This document shows positions 62,595 through 64,000 of a DNA stretch of 64,000 nucleotides, piece after piece. This DNA is from Mobula hypostoma. Taxonomy: Eukaryota. The stretch's first letter is position 1, and the number at the start of each line of letters is the position of its first letter. A program made the position numbers and the translations under genes. Below the pieces are notes generated by a model. That model was not told the DNA's origin, ran no database searches, and was given only the letters and a program-made list of their open reading frames with translations. The stretch lies in the NCBI RefSeq assembly GCF_963921235.1, contig NC_086097.1:110858001-110922000 (forward strand), given 5' to 3'.

Positions 62595-63945
62595 TACGTC
62601 CCCAGAGCCTGATGGGATTTACTCAGGTTGCTAGGAGATGCAAAAGATAACATTGTTGGGGCCTTAATCAAGATCTTTGTGTCCTCTCTAGCCACAGCCG
62701 AAGTCCCAGAGGACTGGCAAGTGGTTGATGTTGTTCCATTGTTCAAAAAGGGAAATAGGGAGAATTGTAGAAAATATAGATCAGTGAGTTGCAAGTCAAT
62801 GGTACAAGTCATTGTTACTAGACAGGATGTTTGGGATAGGATTTATAAATATTTTGAAAAGCATGGCCTGATTAGGGATAGTTAGCCTAGTTTTGCACAG
62901 GACAAGTTATTTCTTTCTAACTTGATGGTGACCCATGTGAAGACACAGAGGAATGGATGTGTCTATCATCATCTTCTTCTTTTAACTACTTCTACTACTT
63001 CCACTACTACGTCACCTCAGGCCAAGGGGGCCGTCTTCGGGCACGATGACGGACTCCCCACTTCTCCCTCTCCCTCATCAGTGTGTTCAGTTCATCTATA
63101 TTAGCCGTGCCGCTGTCTTGGGAGGGCGCCCAGGGTTCATCCTCCCATGCTTAGGCTCCCATATGATGACAAGGCTGGCAAGTAGCTCGGGGTGGCGAAG
63201 ACAGTGCCCTGCTAGTTGCAGTCTTCTCGCTTTGATTTTAGTGGCGAGCGTCGGTAGGTCGTCATAGAGCTTGACATTCGTCATGTGCTGTTGCCAACTC
63301 ACGTCAAGAGCCATCCGGAGCATGCCCAGTTCTGCATGGTGTCTATATCTATACCTTCCATAAAACCAGCAACCTTTGTGTCATCTACACACTTACTAAC
63401 CCTCCCCACCACTTCCTCATGCGTCATGTATGTAAATCACAAAAGAACAGAGGGTCCCAGATTGCACCCCTGTGGAGCATCATGGATCTCCAGGCAGAAG
63501 ACACTCCATCTACAACCACTGTCTGCCTTCTGTGGGCAAGACAATTCCAAATTCATGTAGCCAAGTTTCATTTGATTCCATGCCCCCTGACATTCTGAAT
63601 GAGCCTACAATGGGGAACCTATCCAAGTGTCTTACTAAAAATCTATGTATAGCTCATTCACTGCTTGACCTTCATCAATATATCTTGTCAATTCCTCGAA
63701 AAGGTCAATTAGGCTCATGAGGCATGACTTATCTCTCACAAACCCATGATGAATATCCCTAATCAGACTATGCTAACAATTTCATATTCAGAAGTAAGTG
63801 ATTTTAAGAGACTCCTGGATAGGTACAAGGAGCTTAGAAAAATAGAGGGCTATGGGTAACCTTAGGTAATTTCTAAGGTAAGGACATGTTCCGCACAGCT
63901 TTGTGGGCTGAAGGGCCTGTAAGGTGTTGCAGGTTTTCTGCTTCT
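62595..63945. mobile_element. Short CR1 fragments in both orientations around the RTE
   Basis: VPEDWQVVDVVPLFKKG on +, an RT piece on - (63340-63775), and a 3' tail on + (63800-63945). Confidence 0.7.
62965..63330 (-). mobile_element. RTE-clade LINE 3' fragment
   Basis: MLRMALDVSW...RRLQLAGHCLRH...GRP; short tandem-repeat tail. Confidence 0.8.
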
Positions 63946-64000
63946 ATTTGACAGATCAAATTATGGCTTGGCATCCACCTCACTAGGGCCCCAGTTCCTG

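Overview
Eukaryotic vertebrate genomic DNA. The repeat content (CR1 LINEs, Neptune-type Penelope-like elements, V/CORE-type SINEs, Rex-Babar, fish-type L1) suggests a cartilaginous fish, probably a ray; this is an inference. The only host gene I can support is the 3' end of GOLGA4 (golgin-245/p230) on the minus strand: five clear coding exons ending in the GRIP domain and '...SSTSWLR*', a candidate 30-nt micro-exon, and a 3' UTR. Most of the rest is transposable-element sequence. The most notable items are: (1) an intronless RBM25 fragment fused in frame to a Gypsy-like pol tail/PPT/LTR, a candidate LTR-mediated retrocopy; (2) a degraded ERV-L/Fv1-like (class III retrovirus) gag relic; (3) minimal type I hammerhead ribozymes in the Penelope pseudo-LTRs, including two tiny foldback elements whose inversion points lie inside the ribozyme and which carry 13-bp TSDs; (4) two four-level nested insertions, most levels with readable TSDs; (5) two MITEs with unrelated termini that share an internal module; (6) an unclassified G-rich 1.8-kb insert that splits a SINE. 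I do not see a clearly new multi-gene system. Boundaries of degraded repeats are approximate and family names come from recalled motifs, not database searches.
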